A stretch of 64,000 nucleotides of DNA, taken from positions 1 to 64,000 of IMG/VR virus record IMGVR_UViG_3300031576_000023; one strand, 5' to 3'. Numbering within the stretch: the first letter of the stretch is position 1; every line of letters starts with the position of its first letter. The notes beneath the pieces are model-generated. The model was given only the letters and a program-made list of their open reading frames with translations, ran no database searches and was not told where the DNA came from. Shown piece after piece: positions 34,503 to 44,457 of this stretch. The position numbers and the translations under genes were made by a program. Origin of the DNA: a virus.

Positions 34503-36767
34503 ATGGCGCGCACTTTTCCGGCAGACTTCACGGCGGTCATGGATGACAAATCATCGGCGCCGTACATGATTCTGGAAATTCAGTGGGCGGGGGTAACTTT
34601 AACAAAGTACTACCTGGACCGCGGGAGCACGGACTTCACGGCCAGCGGGACCAGAGTGCCTACCAGCGGTATCGGAACGTCGAAGGTCATGGAGTGGGGG
34701 GGTATCGGCCTGTCGCTCAAGGAGGGCCAGGTCGGGGCCGTGGATCAGACGGCCATCAAGCTCGACGACGCGGCTGGCGAGCTGACGGCGATCCTGAACC
34801 TGGAGTGCAAGCAGCGCAAAACCATCAAGGTCTGGCGCATGTTCGACGACGCTACGGTCACTTGGCCAGCAGATGCCGCGCTGATGCTCCAGGGGACACT
34901 GCGGCCGTTCGACTGGTCAGGCGCTGACAACCAGCTCACCTTGAACATCCGTGACGGGTCGGACCTGCTGACGCACGACGTGAGCTGCATCGCCAAGCAA
35001 GCTGTGTTCACGACGATCCCCAAGGAAAGCCGCGACCGAAACATCCCGCTGGCCTGGGGGAACGCCAAGCGCGTCGAGGCTCTGCTCGTAGGCCGGCCGT
35101 GGGAGACAAGAATACTCCAGGGGATCGACGGCAGCTACGACCAGGACGTGGCGATCTCGGACCACCCGACCGACCTCGGCGTGACGCCGGAAGTCAGCAT
35201 GCAGGCGTGGCTGAACGGCGATCCGGTGACGGTGACTTTTCACCAGTCGGCCGACCCGGACAACGTCTACTCGACGGTCACGGTTAAGTCCACGGCCAAC
35301 CAGGTCGTCGCCACGGCCGTCGCCGTCTACACGTTCGACACGGCCACGAATAGGTTTATGGTCATCCCCACGGCGGCCGTGACGCCCTACGAGCGCCGCG
35401 ACGTGCTGACCAGCCTGATCCGCGCGGGCGATCCGGTCCTGGTGTTCTTGTCCGACACGACTCTCAGCTCGACCACGACGCCGCCCTACGGCTGGAACCA
35501 GACGACGGTCAACCAGCTCACGGCTCACACTCCCTGGCCGGACCACTACAAGCTGACCGTGACTGATGCCAACGTGAACCTGAAGGCCCTGCCTGGCGCG
35601 CACGTCAAGTTTCAGATGGGCACGACCAACAGGCCGCCGGCGCCGGCCGGCTCGCTGCTGACGGCCTACGATGGCAAGTACATCTACGCCGCCAGCGCGC
35701 TGCCCAGCAAGGCGGTGGACATCGTCGAGGGGTACGGGCAGTTGCCGGACCAGTTCGGCGAGCGGCGCAAGGACTTCATCGTCATCGGAAACTTCATCGG
35801 GGACGAGCTGCAATCCGGGACGTGCTTCGAGAACCAGCTCAACCCGGACGGGTATTTCACGATCAACCTGGACGACGACACCTGGGCTTCGGCGCCGGGC
35901 GGCGGCCTCGGTCGAAACATCACGACGATCACGTTTCCTCTGGCGCCGCGGTTCATGTGCCCGCAGCTCGACGACAACAGAATCTGGGTGACGCTCAAGG
36001 GAGTCGAGGACGTCGGGGACTCGTTCGGAAACTTGATTACGAATCCGGCGCGCGTGATCCAGAAGTATCTGGAGCACGCCAAGCTGATGAACGTCGGCGC
36101 GGCGAACGTGAACCAGGCCAGCTTCAACACGGCCGCGACTACCCTGACGGCTTTCAAGGTCGGCTGGGCGCAGACAGAGCCGATGGAGGGTCTGGCCCTA
36201 TTGCAGGAGCTGGCGCGGCAGTGCCATTCCGTCGTGTTCTTCGACCAGGGCCAGGTATACATAACAGTCTTGCGCAACACGGCCGGCACGAGCGCCAAGA
36301 CGTTCGACACGGTCGCCAACGACAACATCCTGCTGGGGGCCGTGTCCCTGGAGGAGAGCCCGGTCGAGGACGTGGTCAACGAGCTGACGTTTAAGTGGCG
36401 GCAGGCGTGGGACGACATCACCGGGCACAAGCCGATGGACGTGAAGGGCAGCAACGCGGCCAGCGTCACGGCATTCGGCAAGATGGCCAGGGAGATGGGG
36501 TTCGACCTGTACTGGCGGCGCGCGGACGTCGAGAGCGAGGTCGCGTTCTGGCTGGCGCGGTGGACGACGATCTACCGGCACGTCAAGCTGAGCGTGTTCC
36601 ACGACGGGTTGAGCCTCCAGCCGGGCGACTGGATAACCGTCAGCTACATCGACGGCGAGGCCCGCACGATCCTCTCGGCGCAGGTGATGGAGGTCAGGTC
36701 TGTGCGTGACACCGGCTTGCAGGGGCTCGTCGAGATCGAAGGCAGATTCGCGAAGTACACGTACTAA
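34503..36767 (+). CDS. Tail tip / baseplate hub protein
   Basis: 754 aa after TMP; IPLAWG, ITNPARVI..YL, VVNELTFKW, LQPGDWITV typical of siphovirus hub proteins. Confidence 0.75.
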   Translation: MARTFPADFTAVMDDKSSAPYMILEIQWAGVTLTKYYLDRGSTDFTASGTRVPTSGIGTSKVMEWGGIGLSLKEGQVGAVDQTAIKLDDAAGELTAILNLECKQRKTIKVWRMFDDATVTWPADAALMLQGTLRPFDWSGADNQLTLNIRDGSDLLTHDVSCIAKQAVFTTIPKESRDRNIPLAWGNAKRVEALLVGRPWETRILQGIDGSYDQDVAISDHPTDLGVTPEVSMQAWLNGDPVTVTFHQSADPDNVYSTVTVKSTANQVVATAVAVYTFDTATNRFMVIPTAAVTPYERRDVLTSLIRAGDPVLVFLSDTTLSSTTTPPYGWNQTTVNQLTAHTPWPDHYKLTVTDANVNLKALPGAHVKFQMGTTNRPPAPAGSLLTAYDGKYIYAASALPSKAVDIVEGYGQLPDQFGERRKDFIVIGNFIGDELQSGTCFENQLNPDGYFTINLDDDTWASAPGGGLGRNITTITFPLAPRFMCPQLDDNRIWVTLKGVEDVGDSFGNLITNPARVIQKYLEHAKLMNVGAANVNQASFNTAATTLTAFKVGWAQTEPMEGLALLQELARQCHSVVFFDQGQVYITVLRNTAGTSAKTFDTVANDNILLGAVSLEESPVEDVVNELTFKWRQAWDDITGHKPMDVKGSNAASVTAFGKMAREMGFDLYWRRADVESEVAFWLARWTTIYRHVKLSVFHDGLSLQPGDWITVSYIDGEARTILSAQVMEVRSVRDTGLQGLVEIEGRFAKYTY

Positions 36768-36776
36768 GTTGGCAAC

Positions 36777-37451
36777 ATGGCCTGCCTCCCGCTGATCCCT
36801 GACGCGACGCCTTGGCACGGGCCGCTACAAGGCGGAGGCAGTGTTTCTACGCCGGAGTTGGACTTCGGATTCATGGTATTCGGCCAGGCTGCTGGCCAAG
36901 CGATCTCTGGGACTTCTGATGTCAAGATTCTTTTCCTGGGCGTGATGGGGCGAAATATAAGCTTCGTCACAAACGGAATACAGGTTACGAACGCTGGGTA
37001 CTGGCTCGTCATGGCGCGCGCGGATGTATTTGGAACTGATGTGACTTCATGCACGATGTGGATTTACAAGAACGGATTCAGGTTTGCCGCTAACGGCTAC
37101 ACAACCATCCAGTTTAATGCTACGTCGCCGGGATACGCCACGATCTGCGTCATGCAGGTGATGAACCTAGCCGCCAACGACAAGGTACACATCTATCTGC
37201 AATACAGCACCAACAACGTCAATCACGCGATGCGAGAAGGTGCAACGTTCGCCATCGCGCGACTGGCGACCAATGCAACGGTGTTCGGTAGCGGCGGCAG
37301 TGGTGGCGGCTCGAACCCTCCGTCAACCGGCGGCTCTGGAACCGGCGGCCCGACTCCGTCAGCGCCGTCGCCGACCGGCAGCCCGGATGTCGCACGGTTC
37401 GGCAGCGGCACGAGCGGCGCCGGCGGCGGGCCAGGACACGCCAGGGGCTAG
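36777..37451 (+). CDS. C1q/TNF-like jelly-roll tail fibre / receptor-binding protein
   Basis: IQVTNAGYWLV, IYKNG, MNLAANDKVHIY, TFAIARL; G/S/P-rich tail. Confidence 0.6.
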   Translation: MACLPLIPDATPWHGPLQGGGSVSTPELDFGFMVFGQAAGQAISGTSDVKILFLGVMGRNISFVTNGIQVTNAGYWLVMARADVFGTDVTSCTMWIYKNGFRFAANGYTTIQFNATSPGYATICVMQVMNLAANDKVHIYLQYSTNNVNHAMREGATFAIARLATNATVFGSGGSGGGSNPPSTGGSGTGGPTPSAPSPTGSPDVARFGSGTSGAGGGPGHARG

Positions 37452-37498
37452 GCAAGCATGAGACTTTTCGAGTAACCTTCCACACGGAGATAGCTCAC

Positions 37499-37951
37499 AT
37501 GGCTGGAATCTTTTGGTCCGCGCAGACCGCCGAGATCACGACCGGCACAACAGTCAAGACGCTCTTGCAGGTAGCGTCAGGAGCGGCCGTCAACCTGATG
37601 GTCAAGGAGATTATCTGCTCGTTCAAGGGCACGGTGAACACCGACGCGCCAATCCTCGTCGAGGTTCTCAAGCAGACGGGCGCCGGAACCATGTCTGCCC
37701 TGACAGTGCGCAAGATCAACAATAACGCGGCGTCGCTCTCCATGACGGCGCTGCACACTGCAACCATTGAACCAGTCGACGGCGGCGTTGTCCTGGACAG
37801 ACAAGAGGTCCATCCGCAAGGCGGCAGGTACTACTGGGTGCCTCCCAACAACTGCCCTGGCCTGGAGGTCGAAGCCGGTGCCAGGCTTGGCCTGCGCGTG
37901 ACGGCCGCAGTCTCCGTCTCCGCGCTCGCCTCCATGAAGGGCGAGGAGTAA
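37499..37951 (+). CDS. Hypothetical virion protein
   Basis: GGAG RBS; KTLLQV..EIICSFKG..PILVEV..ARLGLRV..EE. Confidence 0.65.
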   Translation: MAGIFWSAQTAEITTGTTVKTLLQVASGAAVNLMVKEIICSFKGTVNTDAPILVEVLKQTGAGTMSALTVRKINNNAASLSMTALHTATIEPVDGGVVLDRQEVHPQGGRYYWVPPNNCPGLEVEAGARLGLRVTAAVSVSALASMKGEE

Positions 37952-37959
37952 CAGCAACA

Positions 37960-38154
37960 ATGACGACATGGCAAGCGCTCTCCGACCGCCTGGACTCCGG
38001 CGATACCCAAGCTGCCGCGCTCGTGACCGAGACGGTCCTGAAAGCCCTGGCCGAGCTGTTCGTCGCGGACTTCTCCTCCTGGCAGGAGTTCAGCCGCCTC
38101 GTCAACAAGTCCTGGAGTCTCGGTCGCGTCTGCACGGAGTGCGACGAGGAGTGA
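37960..38154 (+). CDS. Small hypothetical protein
   Basis: GAGGAG upstream; protein-like composition. Confidence 0.45.
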   Translation: MTTWQALSDRLDSGDTQAAALVTETVLKALAELFVADFSSWQEFSRLVNKSWSLGRVCTECDEE

Positions 38155-38165
38155 GGGCCGGCTGA

Positions 38166-38300
38166 GTCAAGTACCGCCGGCTGAAGCCGGCGGCTTGTAA
38201 GTAGTCTCAGCCGCAATCCCGGAGTAGTCCAGTTTTGGCTTCATCGACCCCTACCATTGGTGCCTTGACAGACGCCTTGGCCCGGATGTTCCGGGCCGCG
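38166..38300 (-). ncRNA. Predicted TnpB omegaRNA scaffold (5' limit uncertain); guide taken from flank starting at 38165
   Basis: Known TnpB architecture: omegaRNA overlaps tnpB 3' end and the right-end hairpin; predicted guide UCAGCCGGCCCUCACU... Confidence 0.55.
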
Positions 38301-39313
38301 TTAAAATCGGCGTTCGTGGAGTAACCACAGTGCTTGCAGACAAACTCGGACTGAGATTTTCGATTGGCCTTCTCGCAATGCCCGCACTTCGAACAGGTGC
38401 GAGACGTATTGCGGGGGTCAACCGTCGGGACCTGGATGCCGGCCAGTGCTGCCTTGTACTCCACGAACGCACGAAGTTGAAAGAATGCCCAACTACCGAG
38501 GCGATTCCGCTGCCGGCGTTTAACCGTAACCCGATCCTTGATGCCTTTGAGGTTTTCAAGGGCGATCGCGGAATCGGTTGCCTTGGCCTTCACAACGAGT
38601 CGCTTGCTGATGCGGTGGTTGGTGTCGCGGCGGAAGTTAGCTTCTCGCTTTCGAATCTTGCAGAGTCTTCGCCGGGCACTCTTGGTCCCGGTGCGATTGA
38701 GCTCTGCCCGGCGCCGAGCATAGCGCTTTCTGAGCTTCTCAACCCCTTCCCCGGAGAATACTTCCCCGGTCGAATCGGTAGCGAGATTCACGACGCCCAG
38801 GTCAATGCCAAGCACGTTAGTCGGTTCGATCATGGCGCCCTCGGGCATCTCGATTGTGCAGAGCAGGTAGAACTTGCCCTGGCGGAAGACAAGATCCGCT
38901 TGCCCTTTGATCCGCCCTTGGCGCTCTTTCTGGTATGCACCGCAGACGAATGGGATCAGGAGTCGGCCGGACAAAGCCCACAGGCTGACGGTGGTCAACC
39001 CTTTGAAGCTCAAGACCCGTTGGTCATAGCAGATAGCCGCGCGCGCCTTGAAGACGGGGCACTTCGTCTTGTCCCTCTGGAAGCACTCGACTGCCTTGGC
39101 GATTGCTCTGACCGCCATCTGGCTCGACAACCGAAACTGCTCACGGATCTTCCGATAACAGAGACGATGGAGCGTCACCTGCCCGAAGATTTTGGCCTCG
39201 AATCCGACCTTGGCTGCGTAAGTGGAAGCGGCATTGAACCGCTCTATCGTGGCCAGGAGATCGGCTTTCTGCCCAGTAGTTGGAAGCAGTTGGAGCTGAA
39301 GAGTCAGTTTCAT
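38207..39313 (-). CDS. tnpB: RNA-guided endonuclease TnpB
   Basis: MKLTLQLQLLPT start; RuvC D (GIDLG), E (IALENL), D (NADFNAARNI) all intact; Zn finger CSKC...CKHC. Confidence 0.95.
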   Translation of the reverse strand: MKLTLQLQLLPTTGQKADLLATIERFNAASTYAAKVGFEAKIFGQVTLHRLCYRKIREQFRLSSQMAVRAIAKAVECFQRDKTKCPVFKARAAICYDQRVLSFKGLTTVSLWALSGRLLIPFVCGAYQKERQGRIKGQADLVFRQGKFYLLCTIEMPEGAMIEPTNVLGIDLGVVNLATDSTGEVFSGEGVEKLRKRYARRRAELNRTGTKSARRRLCKIRKREANFRRDTNHRISKRLVVKAKATDSAIALENLKGIKDRVTVKRRQRNRLGSWAFFQLRAFVEYKAALAGIQVPTVDPRNTSRTCSKCGHCEKANRKSQSEFVCKHCGYSTNADFNAARNIRAKASVKAPMVGVDEAKTGLLRDCG

Positions 39314-39403
39314 ACGTGTACTGTAACCGGATTTAATCTCACAAGCAAGAGGAGCGGCAATTCCTCCATCGCCTGAAGGCGATGGTCTCCTTGCCGAAAC
39401 TCC

Positions 39404-40318
39404 ATGAAGGTCCTGTACCTGGGCAGCTTCGACTTCGACTGGAACACCGAGTCGTATGTCGCCAGGGCCTTCGAGCGGCTTGGCCACGAAGTCCGCAGGC
39501 TCAACGAGGCGGACACGAACGAGCACCAGCTCGGCATGGCCATACGCGAGACCCAGCCGGCCTTGTTTCTATTTGCGAAGGGCCGGCTGAACGGAAACTT
39601 CGATCCGGCCGTATCCGGTGTCAGGCAGGCCCTGCACGACGTGCGCGGCCTGTGCAGGAACGTCTGCTGCTGGGTGTTCGACCTGCTGGCGCACGAGTAC
39701 AGCCGGCAGCGCTGGACCTGGGCCAGGTCGGTGAACGAGCTGGTAGACACGTTCTTTGTGACCGACGGCTACTCGGCCACGAAGCTAAGCCGGGCCGTGG
39801 TGCTGAGGCAGGGCGTGCCTGACGACTACAGGACCGGGATGCGGCGCCCGGAGTGGATAGCCCCTGTAGCGTTCCTGGGCGGCGCGTACGGCGAGAGAAA
39901 GCCGCTCTTGGACTTGGTTGCCACGGAGGTCAAAAACCGCCTAGGAACGCCGCTATTGCACGTACAGACCGTCCGTGGGGCCGACCTGTCCGACATGATG
40001 GCCTCTGTCGGGTGCGTTTTTGGCCCGCACTGGCCAGCTTACCCATCTTACGGCTCGAACCGTGCCTATGTCGTGGCAGGGTACGGCGGCTGTTTTGTCT
40101 GCCCAGTAGCCGACTGGATGACCGAGGAGGGCTGGGTGGCAGGCGAGCACTACAGGCCGTACGACCCTGGCAACCGGTGGGACGCCGTCGAGCAAGTCCT
40201 CGTAGCCGTAGGGGACCGTGAGGGCTCCGCGGCGATCGCGGCCCGTGCCGCCAAGTTCGCGCGCAGCTCGTTCTCATACGACCGGCGCGTCCAGCAGCTT
40301 GTGGACAACCTCAAATGA
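39404..40318 (+). CDS. Glycosyltransferase, CgeB / Glyco_trans_1_2-like
   Basis: MKVLYLG..TESYVARAFERLGHEV, WVFDL, VAFLG, YGSNRAY..AGYGG, FSYDRRVQQL. Confidence 0.82.
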   Translation: MKVLYLGSFDFDWNTESYVARAFERLGHEVRRLNEADTNEHQLGMAIRETQPALFLFAKGRLNGNFDPAVSGVRQALHDVRGLCRNVCCWVFDLLAHEYSRQRWTWARSVNELVDTFFVTDGYSATKLSRAVVLRQGVPDDYRTGMRRPEWIAPVAFLGGAYGERKPLLDLVATEVKNRLGTPLLHVQTVRGADLSDMMASVGCVFGPHWPAYPSYGSNRAYVVAGYGGCFVCPVADWMTEEGWVAGEHYRPYDPGNRWDAVEQVLVAVGDREGSAAIAARAAKFARSSFSYDRRVQQLVDNLK

Positions 40319-40662
40319 CTCAAAGTCTCGAAACGGAAAACTGGTTTATCGAGCATTCAATCTCCATCGAGCACGGAAGGCTTCTCTACAGGCTCGCGCC
40401 TGGCGGAACGGCCGAGATCGTGGACATCATGGTCACTGGCGAGCACCGCCGAGAGGGGTTCGGCAGGGCCATGTTCGAGCGCCTGCTGCGCGAGCTGCCG
40501 GACTCCGTGCGGACGGTGTATGCCTTTGTGCGCTGCGGCAACGGGATCGCCTGCGACTGGTACTGGGCGCTGGGGTTCGCGGACTGGCCGGTCCCTGGGT
40601 TCTACGGAGACGACGATGGGCTCGTCATGGTGTATAAGAGGCTGCCGGAGGACGGGCCATGA
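40315..40662 (+). CDS. GNAT-family acetyltransferase
   Basis: EIVDIMVTGEHRREGFGRAM (acetyl-CoA motif A), V..GN..A..WY.ALGF. Confidence 0.85.
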   Translation: MTQSLETENWFIEHSISIEHGRLLYRLAPGGTAEIVDIMVTGEHRREGFGRAMFERLLRELPDSVRTVYAFVRCGNGIACDWYWALGFADWPVPGFYGDDDGLVMVYKRLPEDGP

Positions 40663-41363
40663 ACGTCTGCGCCTTCACTAGCGTCTGTGAGGAGGACGCC
40701 TGCTGGTTGCCGCAGTACCTCGCGGAGGCCGAGCGGATCGGCATTCAGTTCGTCATGCACCTTGACCGCTGCTCGCGCGAGACAGCGCGTATCGTCGAGT
40801 CCCACCGCCTCTTGGCGGGAATCACGCGGCAGGACAATCACGCCAAGCAGTTCTCCGAGACGGACAAGCAAGCTGCCCTCGATGTCGTCGTGTCATCTGG
40901 CTGCCGCTGGGCGCTCGCGTGGGACGTGGACGAGACGTACGCGCAAGACGCGCGCCGGCACCTGGAGAATCTTGGGAACTACTTCGCAGACCTCTTGCAG
41001 GTCCGCATGGTCAATCTCTGGGGCGATGACCTGCACGCCAGGGTTGACGGCCCGTTCTCATCCGCGTGGCGGTGCAAGCTTTACCGGATCGGCGCCGGTA
41101 ACTCGTGGGCGTTCAGGCATCCGCTCGTCAACGGCGCCGTGGACCTCAGCGGCCGACACGCCAACGGTACGGAGCAGAGAACCGGCCTCGTCTGCCTGCA
41201 CCACGGGTTTAAGACGCAGACGCTGAGGCTGGCGCATCGCGAGCGGTGGAACAGTATTTATGGCGCGGCCTTCGGCTATAATCCGTACGGAACGTGGGAC
41301 TGGGTCTGCGACGAGACAATCGCGCCCACCGTCAGGGAACTAGTCGAGGAACTTGCGTGCTGA
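40659..41363 (+). CDS. Glycosyltransferase family 2-like
   Basis: EEDACWLPQYL, HLDRCS, WALAWDVDE (DxD), CLHHGF. Confidence 0.75.
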   Translation: MNVCAFTSVCEEDACWLPQYLAEAERIGIQFVMHLDRCSRETARIVESHRLLAGITRQDNHAKQFSETDKQAALDVVVSSGCRWALAWDVDETYAQDARRHLENLGNYFADLLQVRMVNLWGDDLHARVDGPFSSAWRCKLYRIGAGNSWAFRHPLVNGAVDLSGRHANGTEQRTGLVCLHHGFKTQTLRLAHRERWNSIYGAAFGYNPYGTWDWVCDETIAPTVRELVEELAC

Positions 41364-41881
41364 GCGACCCCGCAACACTGGAATACTGGGATGCGCGCAC
41401 CAAGGCGCACGGCGGCGGCGCTCCGCGCGAGCTGTACTTCAAGAGCGAGGCGTGGGCCAGGTACGACCGAAACGTGCTGGCGTTCATCGCCCGCTTCGTG
41501 CGCCGCGGGGTCCGCGTGCTCGATCTCGGGTGCGGTTTCGGGCTGTACGGGCCACACGTCGAGGCAGCGCGAGGCTCGTGGACCGGAGTTGACTTCTGCG
41601 CCGGCATGCGGGACTTATGGCGCACAAGGGGCGGCATGGTCGGCCGGTTCGTGCAAGCTGACGTGCGGGACGTGGCGGAGCTGCTGAATCTCACCTGGAA
41701 GCATGACGTGGTAATGCTCGGCTGCATTCGCAGAATCCTCGGGCTGAGCCCGGAGGATATGCGCGACAAGTACCTGCCGCTAGTGGCGAACGGGGGCGTG
41801 CTGGCCAACGTCGAGGCCAGCGAGTGCCACGTGTGGGACCAGGACGGTGCGCCGGTCCAATGGAGCATACCAGGAGCCTGA
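41357..41881 (+). CDS. Class I SAM-dependent methyltransferase
   Basis: YWDAR, RVLDLGCGFG, WTGVDF, FVQADV; GAGG with GTG start. Confidence 0.85.
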   Translation: MLSDPATLEYWDARTKAHGGGAPRELYFKSEAWARYDRNVLAFIARFVRRGVRVLDLGCGFGLYGPHVEAARGSWTGVDFCAGMRDLWRTRGGMVGRFVQADVRDVAELLNLTWKHDVVMLGCIRRILGLSPEDMRDKYLPLVANGGVLANVEASECHVWDQDGAPVQWSIPGA

Positions 41882-41884
41882 CCA

Positions 41885-42934
41885 ATGAACGCGATGCTGC
41901 AAGTAGCTGACTGCGGGCCACTGGAAAGCCTGGCGACGATGTTCCGCGCGATCGGATGGGATTGCTTCGTGCCAGACGCGGGCTTGCGGGCGCGGCTCGT
42001 GGCGGCCGGCTGCGACACAGTCCTGGACCCGGAGTTTCTGTTCAGAGAGATGGGCTACGACCGTCCGCGCGGCGTCCAGCAAAGCGGAGACCTCGACAGC
42101 ATGGACCTGTACGTTGATGTCAAGGCGCAGCGCAACGCGGAAAAAGCCTGGAAGCTTCACCGGCGCTTCGAGGGTCGCACAATCTGGTATCGCATCAACG
42201 GCGGTCTGCCTGAAATAACTCCTCAAGGCGGGGACGAGCTGAACTTCAACTTTCCGATTATCACGCCGAACAGGTACTATCTCGACAGTCCCACGGCATA
42301 CAAGAACCACGTCGGCTCTCGGCGGGATGCGAACTGGGGTGGACTGGCCTACGTCATGTGGCCCCCTTTCGCGCGCGCCTCTGATTATTCTGTGCGCGCC
42401 CCGAATTACGACGGGTACTGCAATCCAGTCTGCTTGATCCACAACGTCACTGGCTGGGGGTACTCCGACCTCGTCGAGCCGCTTCGCCGAGAGGCCAGGC
42501 TGCTGTGCTTCGGGTCGCACGGCAGCCCGGACGGGCTTATCCCGCACAGCGGCGTCCCCGGACTTCTGGCCGCGGCGCTGTGCATGGTCCACCTCAAGAG
42601 CAACGACTGCCCAGGATACGCCCTCTACGAGGCCCTGCATGCCGGCTGCCCGCTGATCGTTCCGCGCAGACTGATAAAGCGCATGCGGATGGCAGACCTG
42701 CTGGTGGAAGGCGCGACGTGCCTCTGCTTCGACATCGAGGGAGATGAGCGCGGGTGCGGCGCCCTCGACGTCGCGGCCTGCGTCGCCGAGGTCCGCGCTG
42801 CCACCAAGCAACTCATGGACTCGGCAGAGAACGAGCGAATCGGGAATGCCGGGAAGCGCGCGCTGGCCGAGCTGATATGGAATCCAGAGCGCGACGCAGA
42901 GTCGTTCAAGGCGTTTTTGCGCAGATACGGTTGA
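41885..42934 (+). CDS. Glycosyltransferase (GT-B, GT4-like)
   Basis: VHLKSNDCPGYALYEALHAGCPLIV, LVEGATCL, ENERIGNAG. Confidence 0.7.
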   Translation: MNAMLQVADCGPLESLATMFRAIGWDCFVPDAGLRARLVAAGCDTVLDPEFLFREMGYDRPRGVQQSGDLDSMDLYVDVKAQRNAEKAWKLHRRFEGRTIWYRINGGLPEITPQGGDELNFNFPIITPNRYYLDSPTAYKNHVGSRRDANWGGLAYVMWPPFARASDYSVRAPNYDGYCNPVCLIHNVTGWGYSDLVEPLRREARLLCFGSHGSPDGLIPHSGVPGLLAAALCMVHLKSNDCPGYALYEALHAGCPLIVPRRLIKRMRMADLLVEGATCLCFDIEGDERGCGALDVAACVAEVRAATKQLMDSAENERIGNAGKRALAELIWNPERDAESFKAFLRRYG

Positions 42935-42949
42935 TCCGGTGTACCGCTC

Positions 42950-43510
42950 ATGACCAGTTTCGAGGAAACCTGGAGCCTCCTGCCTGGGAACGGCTGGCTC
43001 GACCGCGACGAGGCCGAACTGCTATGGAACGCCGTCAAGCTCGAAGATGACGTGCTTGAGGCCGGGGTGTACTGGGGCAGGTCGGCCGTGCTGCTGGCGC
43101 ACCGGCTCGCGGAGGGTTCCGGCAAGTTCTGGCTCTGCGACCCGTTCATCGACGGCCACCACTTCGACACGCTGGCCGAGGGAGCGGTGGCGTGGCAGTG
43201 CGTCCTGGCAACTGTCGAGGACATCCTGCCGGCGGAGCGGCTCTGCCTCGTGCCGTGCTCCGAGAGCGATCTGCACGTCTTGGCTGCCGGGACCCTGCGG
43301 CCGGGCCTGGTTTACCTTGACGCAGACCACTCCTACGAGGCGACGAGCGCCGCGCTGGCTAGGTGGTCGCCGCTCGCTGGGGCCGTGGCGGCGCACGACT
43401 ACGCCGGGACCGGTGGCGGGGCCGAGGTCAAGCGCGCCGTTGACGAACTGCCTGGCTGGAGGATCAAACAGCGAGCGTCGCGGATGGTCGTGCTTGAAAG
43501 ACACGCATGA
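42950..43510 (+). CDS. Methyltransferase (Methyltransf_24-like, sugar O-methyltransferase type)
   Basis: GWLDRDEA, VLEAGVYWGRS, VYLDADHSYEA, AHDY, VKRAVDE. Confidence 0.85.
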   Translation: MTSFEETWSLLPGNGWLDRDEAELLWNAVKLEDDVLEAGVYWGRSAVLLAHRLAEGSGKFWLCDPFIDGHHFDTLAEGAVAWQCVLATVEDILPAERLCLVPCSESDLHVLAAGTLRPGLVYLDADHSYEATSAALARWSPLAGAVAAHDYAGTGGGAEVKRAVDELPGWRIKQRASRMVVLERHA

Positions 43511-44457
43511 GCAAGCGCGCGCTGATCACCGGCGTCTCCGGCCAGGACGGCTCGTACCTCGCCGAGTACCTGCTGGGGCTTGAGTACGAGGTCTACGGGC
43601 TCGTGCGGCCGCGCGCGTGCGCGACCAACCACAACCTCGCGGAATGCCGCAAGCACACGGGCTTCTGCGAGCTGGAAGGAGACCTACTCGACCAGCCGTC
43701 TCTGGACGCGGCAGTCCAGGGCGCGCGACCGCACGAAGTGTACAACCTCGCCGGCCACACCTTCGTGGGCAGTAGCTGGGACAGCCCGGAGCACGTTTTC
43801 CAGGTCAACGCCCTCGGCACGCTGCGAATGCTGCAGGCGGTCCAGCGGCACGCGCCGTCCGCGCGGTTCTACCAGGCCAGCACCTCCGAGATGTTTGGAA
43901 ACCAGCCGGCGCCGCAGAGCGAGGCCACGCCGTTCGTGCCGTGCAGCCCCTATGGAATCGCCAAGCTGGCAGCACACTGGTTCACGGTAGAGTTTCGCTC
44001 CCGAGGTCTGTGGGCCTGCTGCGGAATCGCGTTCAACCACGAGTCTGCGCGGCGCGGCGGCCAGTTTGTGACCGGCAAGCTAGCCAGCCACGCGGCGTTC
44101 AAGCAGGCCACCAACAGCAGCCAGAAGCTCCAGGTCGGCAACCTGCACGCCAGGCGGGACTGGGGCCACGCGCGCGACTATGTGCGAGCCATGCACGCGA
44201 TGATGCAGGCCAATGCGCCCACCGACTACGTCATCGGTACGGGAAGGTCGCTCTCCGTCTTGGAGTTCGCGGAACTCGTTGGCCTCGGTACTGACGACCT
44301 TGAAGTCACTAGCAAGCACATGCGCCCGACCGACATCGCCGAGCTCCGAGCCGACGCCAGCAAGATCAAGGCGGCGGTCGGCTGGTCGCCCAGCGTCGCC
44401 GTGGAGCAGCTCGCCGCCGAGATGCTTCGGCATCACGCCGACTGCTGGAAGCGATGA
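43507..44457 (+). CDS. gmd: GDP-mannose 4,6-dehydratase
   Basis: ALITGVSGQDGSYLAE, YNLAG, YQASTSEMFG, SPYGIAK, FNHES, FVTGK, GNL.ARRDWGHARDYV. Confidence 0.96.
   Translation: MSKRALITGVSGQDGSYLAEYLLGLEYEVYGLVRPRACATNHNLAECRKHTGFCELEGDLLDQPSLDAAVQGARPHEVYNLAGHTFVGSSWDSPEHVFQVNALGTLRMLQAVQRHAPSARFYQASTSEMFGNQPAPQSEATPFVPCSPYGIAKLAAHWFTVEFRSRGLWACCGIAFNHESARRGGQFVTGKLASHAAFKQATNSSQKLQVGNLHARRDWGHARDYVRAMHAMMQANAPTDYVIGTGRSLSVLEFAELVGLGTDDLEVTSKHMRPTDIAELRADASKIKAAVGWSPSVAVEQLAAEMLRHHADCWKR

Larger units (their letters stand above)
38166..39403 (-). mobile_element. IS200/IS605-family element, tnpB-only (IS1341-like)
   Basis: Right-end hairpin CCGCCGGCTTCAGCCGGCGG then TACTTGAC (minus strand, ends 38166); left-end hairpin CCATCGCCTTCAGGCGATGG; TAM-like TTCAT (minus) at 39404-39408; no tnpA. 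Confidence 0.85.

Noticed and set aside
16832-36818. Many long antisense/alternate-frame ORFs (e.g. 20398..21588-, 31455..32837-, 32239..33483-, 34917..36077-)
   Set aside because: Shadows of GC3-rich genes; no motifs or RBS and fully overlapping well-supported CDSs.
39314-39526. 71 aa N-terminal extension of TnpB in the ORF track
   Set aside because: Runs through the IS left end and into the opposite-strand GT; the real start is MKLTLQ at 39313.
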